Positions 59,650 through 64,000 of a stretch of 64,000 nt of DNA are shown here, in pieces. The notes beneath the pieces are model-generated. The model was not told the origin of the DNA and did not search any database. It saw only the letters and a program-made list of their open reading frames with translations. Position numbers and translations under genes: made by a program. Positions within the stretch are counted from its first letter, which is position 1; the number at the start of each line of letters is the position of its first letter. Source of the stretch: Selaginella moellendorffii (lineage: Eukaryota > Plantae > Lycopodiophyta); contig NW_003314336.1 of NCBI RefSeq assembly GCF_000143415.4, positions 658,853-722,852 on the forward strand, read 5' to 3'.

Positions 59650-62600
59650 CATAGCTGTTTAGCATGGCATTAGTACATCCTTCCTAAGCATGATTATAAA
59701 TGGATCAATCAAGACTGTAGGGATTAGTCTGTTATTTCAAGTAGTCATTGTTGTGCTCTCTTATAAACTTTTCTTGGATTATACTGAAAGCAATGGGAAC
59801 ACAAGTTTGAGGTTTTAGTCAAAGATAAGACTGAAAAGAGTCATTGGGGACAAAAGATCAGACACATAAATCATTTTTTCTACTAGTAGAGATGATTTGC
59901 AATAAGGTGTGACTCATTGCTTATGTTAACATTATGCAATCGAGAATCTCTATCTTGATACATGTTAGTTATAATGGTCTTACAAATGGTGAGTCATAGG
60001 ATGGATAGTAGTGAAGTGCTAAACCATTTTGTCTATGCTTGCTATTAGAGGCTTGAGTTACAATGCTCTTTCAGGAACCTTGCTATTGTTCCTTAAGTAG
60101 CTTAGTGTTTGACTACGTTTGAGTTTGGTTAGAAAAAGAGTGACATGAGCTTGTCTATGTTATGAACAAAAGTTGGTGATGTTCGGTGTTGTAAATTTCT
60201 ATCGATGGGGTGTGGTATTTATGTTGCATTTTGTCGAAAAAAATTGGCACTTGATACTCATGTAAACTTTTGGAGTAATGATATGGGTGTTGTTTGTGGT
60301 GTTGCTCAATTGATGATCAAGTCATTGTGACACTTATATTATATTCATATGATAATGAGCAATGTATTTACGAAGTTGCTTGGTTAAACAATGATCAACC
60401 CCAAAGTGGTTGATGGTGAAGCTAGTCTACTTCCATATAGTAGCATTGTAGTAGCTTTAACTAGATTCTCTATGGTGATTCATTATGCTAAATTTAAGTT
60501 GGTTCCTTGGTTTCTTGAGTTTGCCTATTGAGGTATTGGAAAAAGGTTGTAGCATTCATTTGCTATAGCTTATTGGTTGATTCGTTAGCACTTTGAGTAG
60601 ATTGTTAGATGGAATGTGTAGTTGGGGCATTGATATCACTAGCACTTGTGTTAGTAGAAGTGGCATTGTTATTTCGAGTGATGAAGAATTTTTATTAAAT
60701 ATTAATTTTCCATGTTATTTTTTTTATTAGTGTTTTGGCTTAACATTGGATCTTAAAGGTGATTAAAGAAGAGTGTTAGTGCAATATGGATATATAAAGA
60801 TATGGTCTTTGTGATCAAGCATTAGATGTTCATTTTGCATTTTTGCGCATGTCAGTATTGGATATTGGAAATATGGGCATGATGTTCGAGCATACTATGG
60901 GTCATGAAAATTGGTGTTGATGTGAACCTATGTGAAGTTATTAATAGGAGAAAGTTGGTTGAGTCTTGAAAGTTTGTATTCTTAGACTAAGAGTCATTCT
61001 TTTTCTAGGATGGAAAATTTTCCACAAATTTTCTTATGCTTTCTAATGGTTGATCTATTAATCACTTTGTTTGAAAATCATTCCATTTTCGTAAGCTAGT
61101 ACAAACTAGTGGAAGGATTAGAGTTGACTTTGGTTAGCTTAAACCTTAGTAAGTAGTTTGTATGATGTGGTCTGAAAGGGATGTTAACTTTTAAGGCCAA
61201 AGCAATTGAGTTGGATAGAGTCTGGAGTTAGTGTAAAAAAGTAGCCATTGGGCTTTTTCAAGAAGGGTAACCCTTGTGCCTTTCTTTTATAATGTTATGC
61301 TTGGTGGCAGGTTGCACCTTGCATTTTACTAGATTCTATGTGAGTAGTGAGCTCTCACTGATCTTGACTTGGTCTTAGTAGCCCTAGAGGATGGTGATGT
61401 CCAACTTAGTTGTTCTAAGTTGAGATATTAGTATCTGTATTATAGCTTTGTCTATGAGGAGGTTGTGTACCAATATGAGTCCATCTTATGGTTTTCACTT
61501 TAGTTTCGACTGAGTATTAATCATGTATAATTAGCTTCTTCAAGGCATATTTAGAGCTATTGACTAAATGCATTAGTGAGCTTATTGCAGTTGAGTTGGA
61601 TTTGAGTGGTCATTTAGGTCATGCTTGTCCATAAACCTTTACGTTGTATTTGAGGTATTACATTTATATTGGACAAGTATATGACTCAATGACGTGAGTT
61701 TAGTATTTGGATCTGGTAAAGGCAAGTTGAAGAGTGATTGTTGGTTGCTTTGCGACTAGTGATTGCTTGTAGATTTCAATTGTGGACTATTAACACTTAC
61801 TTTGCTCGATAATGATTTAGCAGTAATAAACTTGCTTTACTAGGTGGTGTTGCGGAGGATAGTGTCATTAAACTTACATAATCTTTCTATGTTGGCATGT
61901 TAACTCTACCTCTGTCGATACTATTTGGTTACGTTTAGTGCATAGTATTAGATTTTATTGAGTCTTGGATGTGGTGAATCACTCTTTGATAATGTGTTAC
62001 CTGAAACTGAGTATTGTTGAAGCATTGGTCTCAAATACTAACTAAGATATCTTTGACTTTAGTTGGCTTGGTTGTTAGAGAATTTTGAGTGGTGATTCAT
62101 TTTTGTTTTTTTCTAGCTTTGTTCTGGTGTTGATAATATTTAAGGAATGCCTTGTCATTGACAATATTGATGTTGAGATTCGAGTGAAATGAAGTGTCTC
62201 TCCATAGGATTGATATTGAGTTTTATTAGTCTCAATGCAAATAGTGTTGATACTTAGGCTATAACTTTGTGTTATTGGCATTTGTGCATTTGCTAGTTGG
62301 CAATTATATTAACCTTCAAACAAATTGAGTGGCAAGTTAAGTTAGTTGTGTTCTAGATGAGATTACTTAGTAGAAGTTGAGCTTTAACTTTTCCTTGAAA
62401 AGTAAGTTAGTTGTGGAATATGCTAGCTTTACGGGAGGAAGAGTTAGTGATCACTATTAGAATATTTGAATCTTTATTGAATTTAAGTTGGGATATATTG
62501 ATTATTAATGATTCTTCTTGTTCTTGTTATAAACTAAGTTACATCTTGTTATAAATGGATTCACAGAAGATCGTTTAATGATCACTTGTTGAGTATAGCT

Positions 62601-62860
62601 TTGTTGTGCTTAGCTTTTGAATTGATGCAAATATACACTTTTTTAGCTTTGCATTATGAAATTTAGCTTATGGATGTGTCGAATAGGATATTGTGGGTTG
62701 TACTATGATATCTTCTTTGGCATTGAAGTTAGTTCATGCAAAATTTGTAATCATTATTAAGCAAGATTTGGCTATAAAATTTTTTGAGCTTTTGATTTCT
62801 TGAGTTTTCATGCTTGTGGTCCATTTGTTTGAAGTTGTTGGAGAAGGCATTTTGGCTTAT
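59650..62860 (-). mobile_element. Heavily decayed retroelement, possibly LINE ORF2
   Basis: Strong A/C skew on the minus strand; faint LSP and NIQY(xD) remnants near 60960 and 60855; no long ORF. Confidence 0.3.
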
Positions 62861-63989
62861 TATAGCACATGTGGTTTCACCGTTTATCCTATGGTGTTTT
62901 ACTATAGGATAACCACAAAGTGGAACCTAAACCCTCCATGTGCCACATGACACATGCCATGTGTCCAAAGAACAATGGTGTAGAACCCGAGTTTCAGGGC
63001 CTTAAGCCATTGAACGAAGGAACGGAGCCAAACTCCTAAATATGGAGCTAAAGAGTGTCGGAACCGGACCACAGAGCAACTCCCAAACATACAACCCAAG
63101 GAGCGAAGGGACAGGAGCACGGAGCGACTTGGAACAGTCCTAGAGCATCCAACTTCCTAATGCTAGGACCAGGATGCAAAATGAAGCTAAACGAAGTCTA
63201 ACACTATTTTAGCATATCAGTGGCCTAACGCGAGAATATGAGTACTCCACCAGCTGGAACTTGGGCTTAGACCCAAGCCGGATGCAGAACAAGGACAAGC
63301 ACGCAAATGGGAGCTAGACTATGCCTCAAGTTAGTCGGCCATGCCCGACCAACCCACTATCCCTACTATACATTGGGAACCCCCTATAGCCTTGCCCTTC
63401 TTGAGGAACACACGTTTTGGGCTTTCACCCCAAGCCTTCCTTAGTACTAGGAGTTAGTCTCTAGGACAAGCTCGAAACTTACTAAATATGGAATGTCTTT
63501 AGATTGTGAGTTTGGACATGGGATGAACACCATTATGTTCAGGACAATCTCTACATTCCGTGGATATGCCAAATGAGCAAATCTAGACACTTTCTATAAA
63601 TAACATTTGGGACCAAAATGAGACTAACATAAAGGTCATGATAGCGAGGGTGTTTGGTAGACACAGTAAGCTATCATTTAGCAATATTGAGGGACTAATC
63701 TCAATACACAAGGGTTGTCACTAGTAAGTGCAAGACATAATGAGATGGGAACTCCTTACCGGGCTAAGTATGTTTAGCTAATAATACATAGGAATTCCGT
63801 TCTTATGATTGTCCGGTCTAAATACATTCAAAATGCCCAATTAACTCCACTAGCACAAGAGGGACTGATAAAGGGTTCAGCAATATTGACCTCCTGCCAT
63901 TATGGTAGTAAGGAAAGAGTGTCCGTAAGGACTGGCTGACAAATAACTTTTGATACCCAAAGTCATATTCATGACACTCTCCCCCCCTT
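62861..63989 (-). mobile_element. 3' LTR (62861-63976) of a family C element continuing beyond the window, with PPT
   Basis: Minus strand reads AAGGGGGGGAGAG then TGTCATGAAT...; homologous to 58153-59170. Confidence 0.82.
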
Positions 63990-64000
63990 AGGGAATATTG

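Overview
Eukaryotic, transposon-dense plant DNA. Very short GT-AG introns, an ALDH21-like gene, Dof, PPR and CYP88-like sequences and the retroelement types suggest a non-seed land plant, most likely Selaginella (inference). The apparently intact host genes sit in one island at ~11.7-18.2 kb: an intronless fatty acyl-AMP ligase, a small coiled-coil membrane protein, a 58-aa DUF4535/STMP1-type microprotein missed by the ORF track, and two tandem divergent Dof-like factors. The rest is nested Ty3/gypsy elements and solo LTRs, a Harbinger remnant, Helitron-like ends in AT-rich DNA, and gene fragments (CYP71-clan, LRR, PPR, KAO/CYP88, ALDH21, SDR). Four highlights: (1) a 6.7-kb DNA transposon with 24-bp TIRs (4444-11131) carrying a Sola/DUF7869-like transposase, a divergent cargo gene that may have a degenerate beta-class DNA amino-methyltransferase fold, and about 10 copies of a 22-bp palindrome; (2) a short-LTR, tRNA-Ala-primed gypsy with a G-GGA-AAC slippery site plus an H-type pseudoknot; (3) ~330-bp LTRs carrying a 5S rRNA-derived Pol III promoter (Cassandra-like); (4) a very young gypsy copy lacking the reverse transcriptase core. 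All family assignments come from motif recognition by eye; no database searches were run.
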